A stretch of DNA of 64,000 bases from an uncultured delta proteobacterium (GTDB lineage Bacteria; Myxococcota_A; Polyangia; Polyangiales; Polyangiaceae), in contig CAVQUB010000006.1 of NCBI GenBank assembly GCA_963716725.1, positions 32,001 to 96,000 of the forward strand, read 5' to 3'. Below are positions 55,295 to 64,000 of this stretch, piece by piece (positions within the stretch are counted from its first letter, which is position 1; every line of letters starts with the position of its first letter). The notes under the pieces are model-generated. The model made no database searches, was not told the DNA's origin, and was given only the letters and a program-made list of their open reading frames with translations. The position numbers were made by a program, and so were the translations under genes.

Positions 55295-56026
55295 TCAGCT
55301 GCCGATCCGGATCTTCTTCTTGAGCTGCGCCAGTTCGTCGTCGACTTCGCTGCCGCCCTTGGGTCCTTCGGCCGCGCCGCCGCCGTACTCCAGCGCGCGG
55401 AACTTTGCCTCGACCTCGTTGCGGGTCAGACCGCCCGGGCCACGACCGCCACCGAGCGCGTCGTCGAGCTCGCGCTGCGCCTGCACCGCGGTCTCGACGC
55501 CTTCAATTTGATCTTCCATCCGACGGAACTCGGAGAACGCGCTGGTGCCGCCGCTGGCGCCGAGCGCCTCGACTCCGCCACCCGCCTTCACCTGCTTCAC
55601 CTGGGCGATGATGGTGCTCTTCTTCGCCTGGATCTCCTCGAGCTTCTGCTCCATGCGCTCGAGCTCGGCCTTCATCTCGAGGGCCGCGCCGCGCTGCTCG
55701 GCGCGGAGCGCCTCCGCACGATCGCGCTCGGCCGTCACGCGCTTCTTTTGCATCAGCGCCTCGCGAGCCAGGTCGTCATCGTCGTGCTGCACCGCCAGCT
55801 CGGCGCGCTTCGACCACTTCTCGACCTCGGCGTCGAGCTCGCCGGTCTTCTGCCGCAGTTGCTTCTCGGCGGCGACCGCGCGCACCACCTCTTGGCGGCC
55901 GGCGCGGACCTGCTCTTTCATCTCCAGGAGCGTCTGCTCGATGGACTTCTTCGGGTCATCCGCTTTGTCGAGCAACGCGTTGAAGTTGCTCGAGATCACG
56001 CGGCCCATTCGATCGAAGATCCCCAT
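55295..56026 (-). CDS. pspA: PspA/IM30 family protein
   Basis: MGIFDRMGRVISSNFNALLDKADDP, DDLAREAL, FRRMEDQI, VDDELAQLK. Confidence 0.95.
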   Translation of the reverse strand: MGIFDRMGRVISSNFNALLDKADDPKKSIEQTLLEMKEQVRAGRQEVVRAVAAEKQLRQKTGELDAEVEKWSKRAELAVQHDDDDLAREALMQKKRVTAERDRAEALRAEQRGAALEMKAELERMEQKLEEIQAKKSTIIAQVKQVKAGGGVEALGASGGTSAFSEFRRMEDQIEGVETAVQAQRELDDALGGGRGPGGLTRNEVEAKFRALEYGGGAAEGPKGGSEVDDELAQLKKKIRIGS

Positions 56027-56072
56027 GGGCGAGACCATGCCACGGACGGACGGGCGTCGCCAGAGGGACCTA

Positions 56073-57486
56073 TCAGCGGTTGGCGATGTGGATGGCGTGG
56101 CCGAGCGAATGCGCCGCCGCCTCCATCAGCGCTTCTCCCAGGGTCGGGTGCGGGTGGACGGTGAGGGCGATGTCCTCGGCCGTGGCTGCCATCTCGAGGG
56201 CCAGCGCCGCCTCGCTGATCAGATCGCTGGCCGAAGGCCCGACGATGTGGATCCCGAGCACGCGCTTGGTCGAAGCGTCGGTCACGATCTTGACGAAGCC
56301 GTCGGTCTCCCGAATGCTCATTGCGCGGCCCAGCGCGGCGAAGGGGAAGCGGCCGACCTTGACGTCGAAGCCCTGTTCCTTGGCGGCCGCTTCGGTGAGC
56401 CCCACCATGGCGATCTCCGGATCCGTGAAGACAATTCCTGGGATCGTCACCCAGTCTTTCGCAGAGGCCTTGCCGGCGATCACCTCGGCGCAGATCTCGC
56501 CCTCTTTGGTGGCTTTGTGGGCGAGCATGGGCGGACCGCTGACGTCCCCCACGGCGTAGATCCCGGGCACGTTGGTCTTGCACTGGGCGTCCGTGGGCAC
56601 GAACCCGCGCTGGTCCACCGTCACCCCGATCTCTTCGAGGCCAATGCCGCGGGAGCGCGGGCGCATGCCGACCGCTACCAGCACGACGTCCGCGTCGATG
56701 CGCTCGCTCTCTCCTCCGGTCGACACCACCACGGCGACGCCGCCGTCGGCGTTCTGCTCCCAGCCCTCGGCCTTGGCCTGCTTGAGCACCCGCCCGCCCT
56801 TCTTGCTGATCGAACGCTCGACGATCTTCACGGCGTCGGGGTCGACGCCGGGCAGCAGGTTCTCCGTCAGCTCGATCACCGTGAGCTTCGCCCCAAAGGC
56901 TTGGTAGACCATGCCCAGCTCGAGCCCGATCACGCCGCCGCCGATCACGACCAGGCGCTTCGGGACCTCGGGCAAGCTGACGGCTTCCCGCGCGCCGATG
57001 ATGCGCCGGCCGTCGAACTCGAAGCCCGGGATCTGGATGGTGGCCGAGCCGGTGGCGATCACGACGCCGCGCGTGGCACGCAGCACGAAGCTGTTCACCG
57101 TTCGCGCGCGTGACCTCGACGGTCTTCGCATCCACCAGGCGGCCCATTCCCTCGATGGCTTCGGCGCCATTCTGCTTGAGCAGGTGGCGCACGCCGCCGG
57201 TGAGCTTCTTGACGAGGCCGTTCTTCCAGCCCTGCATCTTGCCGACGTCGATCGACACCGATCCGAAGCTGAGCCCCTGCTCGCCGGCCTTGCCGGCCTT
57301 TTCGTATTGGTGAGCGGTGCTGATCAGCGCCTTCGAGGGGATGCAGCCCCAGTTCAGGCATACGCCGCCGTACTCTTCGCCCTCGACACAGGCCACAGAG
57401 AGCCCGAGCTGTCCCAGACGAATGGCACAGGGATAACCGCCCGGCCCGCCGCCGAGCACGACCACGTCGAAAGTTCGCTCTTCCAT
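56073..57486 (-). CDS. lpdA: Dihydrolipoamide dehydrogenase; frameshift at ~57093
   Basis: GGGPGGY, GGVCLNWGCIPSK, IGGGVIGLE, LAHKA, HPHPTLGE split over two frames. Confidence 0.95.
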
Positions 57487-57580
57487 CGCGCGGCCTCATA
57501 ACATCCTTGCATCCGAGAGACACCTGCTTCGTCGACGTTCCAGCTTGGACCGCGGCGCCGTTCACGCTACGGCCTTCGAG

Positions 57581-57982
57581 ATGCACCCCGAGCAGCGGCG
57601 CGCCGTAACGACGGCTCGGGACGCGCTCCGCTCCATCGCCCTGGCCGCCTCGCTCGTGATCGGCCTTGGTTGCGGCCGGAGCGGCCCGCCGCCGCCCGTC
57701 GACGCGTCACCCGCGGCTTCCAGCCACGGCATCCCTCGAGAGTGCTCCGGGCAACCCTGCTGCGGCGATCCTCCGCGAGCCTGCGGCCAAGTGCTCGATG
57801 AATCGATCGGCAAGCCCTGCGCTTCGGCCTGCGACTGCGCATTTGCTGGTCTCGACTGTCACGAAGGACGCTGCCGTTCCGGCACCGAAGCCGTGTACTG
57901 CTGCGGCGCGTGCCCACCCCACGCTCCGCCCGCGCAGCGCTGCCAACGGCGCGACGGGGCGTACTCGACCTGCGGCTCCTGA
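57581..57982 (+). CDS. Small cysteine-rich lipoprotein
   Basis: GLGC lipobox followed by 14 further Cys in ~100 aa. Confidence 0.65.
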   Translation: MHPEQRRAVTTARDALRSIALAASLVIGLGCGRSGPPPPVDASPAASSHGIPRECSGQPCCGDPPRACGQVLDESIGKPCASACDCAFAGLDCHEGRCRSGTEAVYCCGACPPHAPPAQRCQRRDGAYSTCGS

Positions 57983-58020
57983 GCGTTCGTGACCCACGCA
58001 GGCCTGGCTGGAGACCGCGC

Positions 58021-59662
58021 TCACGCCAGCGCCACCAGCGACGGCGCGTAGTCTTCGGGCGGCTCGAACCCCATCAACGTGAGCATGGTCGCGGTCAGGT
58101 TGGCGAGACCGGGCTTGTCGATGGACCTGTCGAGCTGCCACTCATCGGCACGCTTCGGATCGAAGAGGATGGCTGGCACCGGGCTCAGGGTATGACTCGT
58201 CTTGGCCTTGGGCCGGCCGTTCTCGGTCTTCACGTTGCCCTTTTTGTCCAGCTCGTACATTTCGTCGGCGTTGCCGTGATCGGCGGTGACGAGCAGGGTG
58301 CCGCCCACCGCCTGGACTTGCTTCACGATGCGCCGAATGCACAGGTCCACGGTCTCCACCGCCAGGCGGGCGGCGTCGAAGTCTGCCGGTGTGCCCCACC
58401 ATGTCGCCGTTGGCGAAGTTGACGCGCAGGAAGTCCCAGCGCCCCGCGCGGGTCGCGTCGAGCAAGGCGTCGGTGATCTCGGCGGCCTTCATCCACGGGC
58501 GCTGCTCGAAGGGCACGCGATCCGAGGGCACCTCGAGGTATTTCTCCAGCTTCTCGTCGATGTAGCCCGAGCGATTGCCGTTCCAGAAATAGGTCACATG
58601 CCCGAACTTCTGCGTCTCTGAGCAGGCCCACGAACGCACCCCGCTGGCGGCGAGGTACTGCCCCAGCGTCCGGTCGATGGCCGGCGGGCTCACCAGAATG
58701 CGCGGCGGCAGGTTGGTGTCGCCGTCGTAGGTCATCATGCCGGCGAAGACGACCTTCGGCTCGACGACGCGCTCGAAGGGCACCGGCAGCCCCAGAAACG
58801 CCTTGCTGATCTCGATCGCGCGATCGCCTCGGAAGTTGAAGAAGACCACCGAGTCGCCGTCCTCGATGGGCGCAAAGGGCTTGCCATCGCGCTGCACGAC
58901 GAAGGGCGGAAGATCTTGGTCGATGACGCCCTCATTCTCGGCGCGCAGCGCCCGGACCGCGGCAGACGCCGACGGGAACTTTGGGCCTTCGCCCAGCACG
59001 TGGGTCTTCCAGCCGCGTTCGACCATCGACCAGTCCGCTTCGTAGCGGTCCATGGTGATGTTCATGCGCCCGCCGCCCGAAGCGATGCCGTAGCGTGGGT
59101 CGACCTCGGCGATCCACTTCTCGAAGGGCTCGGTGTACTCGAGGGCGCTGGTCTCCCCCACGTCGCGTCCGTCGAGCAGCGCGTGCACGGCGACCTTGGC
59201 GACGCCCGCGCGCTTTGCGGCCTCGATCAGCGCCCGCAGGTGATCGAGGTGGCTGTGCACGTTGCCGTCGGAGAACAAGCCGATGAGGTGCAGCGTGCGC
59301 CCGGTCCGGACCACGTTGCCGACGACTTGACGCCAGCCCTCACCTTCGAACAGGCGACCCGAGCTGATGGCGTTGGCGACGAGCTTGGCGCCTTGATCGA
59401 ACACGCGCCCCGCGCCGAGGGCGTTGTGCCCAACTTCGCTGTTGCCCATGTCGGCGTCCGAAGGCATGCCGACCGCAACGCCGTGGGCGGCGATCGCCGT
59501 CCAGGGGCAGGTGGCGAACAGCGCGTCGAGGTTCGGTGTGGCGGCGAGCTCGACGGCATTGCCCGGGCTCGACGGCGCGAGCCCGACGCCATCCATGATC
59601 ACGACGACCAGGGGACCCGGCCGGCGGCCGTGAAATGGGTTCTTCTTCAGCACCAGGCTCAT
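58021..59662 (-). CDS. gpmI: 2,3-BPG-independent phosphoglycerate mutase; frameshift at ~58385
   Basis: IMDGVG, MGNSEVGH, HALLDGRD, NFRGDR, ETQKFGHVT, DMVGHTG then TADHGNA in the adjacent frame. Confidence 0.96.
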
Positions 59663-59816
59663 GCTGTGTTCGTAGTCCAACGCACCCCCGACCCCAACCC
59701 CGACCACGCTCCATCGCAGGCCTGGGTCCTCGCAAATGGCAAAACGCAGCTACCGCTACGGGTGGGCGCGGCTGCCGAAGCTGGATGCGGGGCGGAGCAC
59801 CGCCGCCGGTCTTCCG

Positions 59817-60248
59817 TCAACGCGCGGCGGCGTCGACCCACCGAGACGCTGCTGCCGCGAACTCCTCGAGATCGCCGAGGTCGCTGGCCAGGGCCGCATG
59901 GATCAGCGCGTAGTCGACGGTCGCGTAGTGGTGGGCAAGCACGTTGCGCAACCCCGCCCAGCCCTCCATGCGATCGGCGAGGCCGCGTTCGAGCAACCCG
60001 GCGGCGCGCAACCTAGCGAAGGCTTCACGATAGGTTTGTCCCGCGGGCAACTCCGCGTCCGCCGCCGCGTGCAAAGCAACGTCGATCGACGCCTGAGCGG
60101 CCAGGTACATCGCGTGAAGCACCATGTGTTGAGCGTCGCGGTCGTTCTGTAGCCGCTCCAGCGCCACGCTCTCACGATAGCGACGGAGGTCCGACAGGGC
60201 GTCCAGGAGCACGCCCAACCGATGCCGCATGATCTCTGCCTGGACCAC
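59817..60248 (-). CDS. hepT: HEPN/DUF86 RNase toxin (HepT-like)
   Basis: GLRNVLAHHY = RX4HXY; directly downstream of MNT gene. Confidence 0.88.
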   Translation of the reverse strand: MVQAEIMRHRLGVLLDALSDLRRYRESVALERLQNDRDAQHMVLHAMYLAAQASIDVALHAAADAELPAGQTYREAFARLRAAGLLERGLADRMEGWAGLRNVLAHHYATVDYALIHAALASDLGDLEEFAAAASRWVDAAAR

Positions 60249-60668
60249 TCAGCCCCCTGTCGCGAGTCGCTCGCGCAAGCGAGCTTCTCGGAGCGCCAAG
60301 TAGCGCCGAAGCACGGGCTCGAAGTCCAGCGCTCGCGACAACGCCTCGGCCTCCCACCCGTGGCGCATGGATCGGTCGCTGTCGAGTAGCACCCGGCGGT
60401 CGGTCAAAATCGCCTTCACCAGAGCGGGCGGCGCACGGCGCAAGTCGACCAGATCGACGTCGGCGTCCACGGCCCGCGCGAGTCGCTGCTGGAGGCGGCC
60501 GACGTCGGCGAGCTGCGTGAGCCCGTGCTCGCCGGGCATGACGGCGACGTCGATGTCGCGAAAAGTCTCGCCACGCGCAGCCGAACCGAAGAGGTAGGCC
60601 CACACGAGTGAGGTTTCGCCCTCGAGGGACTGACGGAGAGCGCGCTCCACCGACTCGCGCCGAGACAT
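60249..60668 (-). CDS. mntA: Minimal nucleotidyltransferase antitoxin (MntA-like)
   Basis: AYLFGSAARG....DIDVAV, VDLVDL..APP. Confidence 0.88.
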   Translation of the reverse strand: MSRRESVERALRQSLEGETSLVWAYLFGSAARGETFRDIDVAVMPGEHGLTQLADVGRLQQRLARAVDADVDLVDLRRAPPALVKAILTDRRVLLDSDRSMRHGWEAEALSRALDFEPVLRRYLALREARLRERLATGG

Positions 60669-60834
60669 TCCGTCAGCGTACCACAACCGGGGTGGCGGCC
60701 CGTTTCAGCGGGCTCCACGTCGACGTCGCCCGCGTGTACTCCAATGCGGATGACGAGCGTGCGGAACTTCGGGCGAACGCCGCGGGCGTCTCGGTGCTCC
60801 ACGTCGGTCTCGAGTGCGGACGCGAGCAGCTCGC

Positions 60835-60870
60835 GACCTCGACCTCGACCCCGACCCCGACCCGGATCCC
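60835..60870. repeat. Degenerate hexamer tandem repeat x6
   Basis: GACCTC GACCTC GACCCC GACCCC GACCCG GATCCC. Confidence 0.8.
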
Positions 60871-61052
60871 CCTCATCCGCGAATCGCGACGAATTCCGGG
60901 CGAGTCCGGCCGACTTCTGCTAGGAACCCCTGCCTTCGCGACTCCCGGCTCCTCCGAGCACAGGGGTTCGAGCGCAGCAGGCCTGGACCCCAGAGTCCTT
61001 CCACGAGGCCCAGCCTGCGCTCCGATCGCGACCCCCACCTCAGGATGAGAGC

Positions 61053-62705
61053 ATGATCACCGCACACGACGTATCGATGGGTTTCGGAGGGCGCGTGCTC
61101 TTCGATCACGTGAACGTGACCTTCAACGACGGGGAGCGCTACGGTCTGACGGGACCCAACGGCGCGGGCAAGTCGACGTTCATGGGCATCCTGGCGGGCG
61201 GGGTCGAGCCCACCTCCGGGAACGTCTCGGTCCGCGGCCGCCTCGGGGTGCTCGAGCAGGACCACTCGAGCTACGCCGACCAGCGCATCCTCGACGTGGT
61301 GCTGTCTGGGCACGCAGCCCTGTGGGCGGCGCTGCACCAGAAAGAGCAGATCCTCGCCAAGGGCGACGACCTCGACGACGAGGACGGCATGTTGCTCGGC
61401 GAGCTGGAGATGACCATCGCCGAGCACGACGGCTACACGGCCGAGGGTGAAGCGACCGCGCTCCTGGTGGGCCTGGACATCCCGGAGCACCTGCACTGCG
61501 AGAAACTCGAGGTGCTTCAGGGCGGCGACCGGGTGCGCGTCTTGCTCGCCAAGGCGCTCTTCGGCAAGCCCGACAGCCTGTTGCTCGACGAGCCCACCAA
61601 CAGCCTCGACATCGCCAGCATCCGTTGGCTCGAGAGCTTCCTGATGGACTACAGCGGCGCGCTCGTGGTCATCAGCCACGATCGGCACTTCTTGAACAGC
61701 GTGTGCACCAAGATTGCCGACGTCGACTTCGAGAGCATCATCCTCTACACCGGGGACTACGACGACATGGTGAGCGCGAAGGCCGAGTCCCGCGGCGCGC
61801 TCGAACTCGCCAACGCCGCCCGGCAAGAGAAGGTCGAAAAGCTGCAAGAGTTCGTGCGGCGCTTCGCCGCCGGCACCCGCGCGACGCAGGTCAAGTCTCG
61901 CGAAAAGCAGGTGCAGCGCGAAAAGCAGGCGATGGTCGATCTGAAGCGGTCCAACATCCAACGCCCCTTCATCCGCTTCGAGCAGTCTCGGCCCAGCGGG
62001 CGCAGCGTGCTCAGCGTGCAGAACCTGTGCAAACGCTTCGACGAGTTCAGCATCTGCAAGGGCTTCAACTTGAGCGTGATGCGCGGTGACAAGATCGCGC
62101 TGGTGGGACCCAACGGCATCGGCAAGACCAGCATGCTGCGCATGTTCAATGGCGAGGTGAAGCCCGACGACGGCGCCGTCGAATGGGGCTACGAGACCCG
62201 GGTCGGCTACATGCCGCAGGAACACTCGGAGCTGATCGAGCGCTCGGACCAGACCGCGCATGCCTGGCTCTGGAGCTTCAACAGCAAGATCGACGAGGAG
62301 AACCTGCGAGCGCTCTTCGGACGGCTGCTGTTCAAGAAGGACGACCCGCTCAAGCCCACCAAGGTGCTCTCGGGAGGCGAGACCGTTCGCCTGCTGCTGG
62401 CCAAGCTGATGCTGGAGGAGCCCAACGTGCTCTTGCTCGACGAGCCCACCAACCACCTGGATCTCGAGTCCATCCGAGCGCTGACCGAGGCGCTATCCGT
62501 CTACGCTGGCACCTGCATCTTCGTGACGCACGACCGGCACATGGTCGATCGCGTGGCGACCCGGATCCTCGAGATGAGCGTCGAGGGGATCCGAGAGCTG
62601 AGCCCCAGCGCCTTCCACGACGGCCAGTTCTTGACCAAGCACGGCGTCTATCGCCAGAGCGGCCCCTACGATCCGACGAAGTCGAGCGGCGCTCCGCTGC
62701 GTTGA
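61053..62705 (+). CDS. ABC-F family ribosome-associated ATPase (YbiT-like)
   Basis: Two ABC cassettes (GPNGAGKS/LLLDEPTN/SHDR; GPNGIGKT/LSGGE/LDEPTN/THDR), no TM domain. Confidence 0.93.
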   Translation: MITAHDVSMGFGGRVLFDHVNVTFNDGERYGLTGPNGAGKSTFMGILAGGVEPTSGNVSVRGRLGVLEQDHSSYADQRILDVVLSGHAALWAALHQKEQILAKGDDLDDEDGMLLGELEMTIAEHDGYTAEGEATALLVGLDIPEHLHCEKLEVLQGGDRVRVLLAKALFGKPDSLLLDEPTNSLDIASIRWLESFLMDYSGALVVISHDRHFLNSVCTKIADVDFESIILYTGDYDDMVSAKAESRGALELANAARQEKVEKLQEFVRRFAAGTRATQVKSREKQVQREKQAMVDLKRSNIQRPFIRFEQSRPSGRSVLSVQNLCKRFDEFSICKGFNLSVMRGDKIALVGPNGIGKTSMLRMFNGEVKPDDGAVEWGYETRVGYMPQEHSELIERSDQTAHAWLWSFNSKIDEENLRALFGRLLFKKDDPLKPTKVLSGGETVRLLLAKLMLEEPNVLLLDEPTNHLDLESIRALTEALSVYAGTCIFVTHDRHMVDRVATRILEMSVEGIRELSPSAFHDGQFLTKHGVYRQSGPYDPTKSSGAPLR

Positions 62706-62736
62706 GAAGCCGCCCGGAAGCTGCGAGATGCCCGGG

Positions 62737-62949
62737 TCAGGGCTGCTTGGCCGGGCCGGAGGCGTCGAAACCGATCTTGGAGTGCGCGCCGTCGCAGAAG
62801 GGCTTGTTGGCGGAGTGACCGCAGCGGCAGAGCGCTGCGGTCTTGCCGTCGGCGATGGTCACGGTCGCTCCCGTCGGATCGGTGATGGTGAGCGGACCAC
62901 GGATCAAATACGGGCCGTTGGGCGAACATTTCACGATCAGGTCGGTCAT
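62737..62949 (-). CDS. CDGSH iron-sulfur domain protein
   Basis: NGPY and LCRCGHSANKPFCDGAH. Confidence 0.93.
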   Translation of the reverse strand: MTDLIVKCSPNGPYLIRGPLTITDPTGATVTIADGKTAALCRCGHSANKPFCDGAHSKIGFDASGPAKQP

Positions 62950-63010
62950 AGTGCCTCCAGGGGTCGCGGCTGAGACCCCGATCCATGCCTTGGCTTGATC
63001 AGCCGGCTCA

Positions 63011-63189
63011 AGAGCTGTCGAAACTTCGACAGCTCTTTCACTTTGTCATCGGGGAGGCACGCGCCTCCCCGCCCCACCGAAGTGAATTCGTTGGGGCCCC
63101 ACCCCACGCGACGCGCTGCGTGACACCCGACGGGCCGACGGGGTGGGCCGGCTCCGCCGGCTTGCGCTCCGCCATTCTTCGACAGGCCT
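63011..63189 (-). mobile_element. 179-bp MITE-like element, copy 2
   Basis: Inverted near-identical copy of 39326-39504; flanked by TCA at 63008-63010 and 63190-63192. Confidence 0.85.
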
Positions 63190-64000
63190 TCAGTGTCCAC
63201 TGGGCGCCCGCGGGCCGCGCCGAAGCTCTTCACGCTGCTCGGCCAGGTGCCACGGCAGCTCCGCGTACACGTCGTCGAAGACGCTGTCGAGCCCGGGCGG
63301 CGGAAGCTTCTCGACCGCCTCGATGGCGCGCGAGATCTCTTCGTTGAGCTCCAGGTCGACGCGCTCGATGCTCGCGCTGTCGAGCAGCCCGACCTTCTCG
63401 AGGTGACGACGGATCCGATCGATGGGATCCTTCTCGGCCCAGCGCTTCACTTCTTCGTCGGAGCGGTAGCGGGTCGGATCGTCGCTGGTCGAGTGTGCGC
63501 CCATACGGTAGGTGAACGACTCGATGAAGGTCGGCCCTCCGCCGGCACGCGCGCGATCGACTGCGTCTTTCACCACTCGGTAGACGGCGAGGGCGTCGTT
63601 GCCGTCCACGCGCACGCCAGGCAGGCCGTAGGCTTTGGCCTTGACCGCCAGGGTCTGCGACGCGGTCTGCCGCGCCGTCGGCACGCTGATGGACCAGTGG
63701 TTGTTCTGACAGATCATGACGCACGGCACCTGGAACACCGCCGCGAAATTCATGGCGTTGTGAAAGTCGGGCTGGCTGGTCGCGCCGTCACCCATGAAGC
63801 CGATGGTCACGGTGGCATCACGGCGGAGCTTGGCAGCCCAGGCCGCCCCCACCGCCTGGGGGATCTGCGGTCCGATGCAGCTCGACCACGAGACTTGATT
63901 GACCTCCCGGGCCGCCATGTGGCTGGGCATGTTGCGGCCCTTGAGCACGTCGAGAGAGTTGCCGAAGACCTGCGCCAGGTACTTCTCCAGAGGAAAGCCC
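63190..64000 (-). CDS. 2-oxoacid (pyruvate or branched-chain) dehydrogenase E1 alpha subunit, 5'-truncated by window edge
   Basis: GRNMPSH, GDGATS...QNN TPP motif, RVDGND, YRMGAHSTSDDPTRY. Confidence 0.94.
   Translation of the reverse strand, partial: GFPLEKYLAQVFGNSLDVLKGRNMPSHMAAREVNQVSWSSCIGPQIPQAVGAAWAAKLRRDATVTIGFMGDGATSQPDFHNAMNFAAVFQVPCVMICQNNHWSISVPTARQTASQTLAVKAKAYGLPGVRVDGNDALAVYRVVKDAVDRARAGGGPTFIESFTYRMGAHSTSDDPTRYRSDEEVKRWAEKDPIDRIRRHLEKVGLLDSASIERVDLELNEEISRAIEAVEKLPPPGLDSVFDDVYAELPWHLAEQREELRRGPRAPSGH

Noticed and set aside
56073..59662. Programmed frameshifting or true pseudogenisation of lpdA and gpmI
   Set aside because: No slippery heptamer at the breaks and all catalytic motifs are intact; sequencing error is more parsimonious.
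60690..60835. Possible remnant of a four-helix-bundle gene before the hexamer repeat
   Set aside because: Only faint fragmentary resemblance with no continuous frame; cannot be supported without a search.

Overview
High-GC chromosomal segment. The gene content (many Hanks kinases, a VWA-PilY1 minor-pilin operon, VIT/VWA proteins, Cys-rich lipoproteins) suggests a myxobacterium (Polyangiaceae-like); this is an inference. Housekeeping and core genes include gcvT-gcvH-gcvPA, pyk, lysA, rsmE, lpdA, gpmI, a partial E1-alpha, an ABC-F ATPase and an acyl-CoA dehydrogenase. A type IV minor-pilin/pilY1 operon follows a sigma54-type promoter. The most unusual DNA is at 15.2-18.9 kb: an HNH nuclease gene sits between two inverted IS1182-family elements, one with a transposase and one transposase-less with a duplicated right end. 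A 179-bp hairpin-rich MITE-like element occurs twice (39.3 and 63.0 kb), each copy at a TGA stop codon with a TGA duplication. Other oddities are a bacterioferritin lacking Met52 and Glu94 where gcvPB normally lies, a TerB-like/PPP phosphatase fusion, an orphan FlhB/SctU, a degenerate cyclase/ATPase-like gene behind pspA, a small decayed island and a structured ABC-F leader. Six single-base frameshifts, two in housekeeping genes, most likely reflect sequencing errors. No rRNA, tRNA or CRISPR array was recognised. All calls come from motif reading by eye; no database searches were run.
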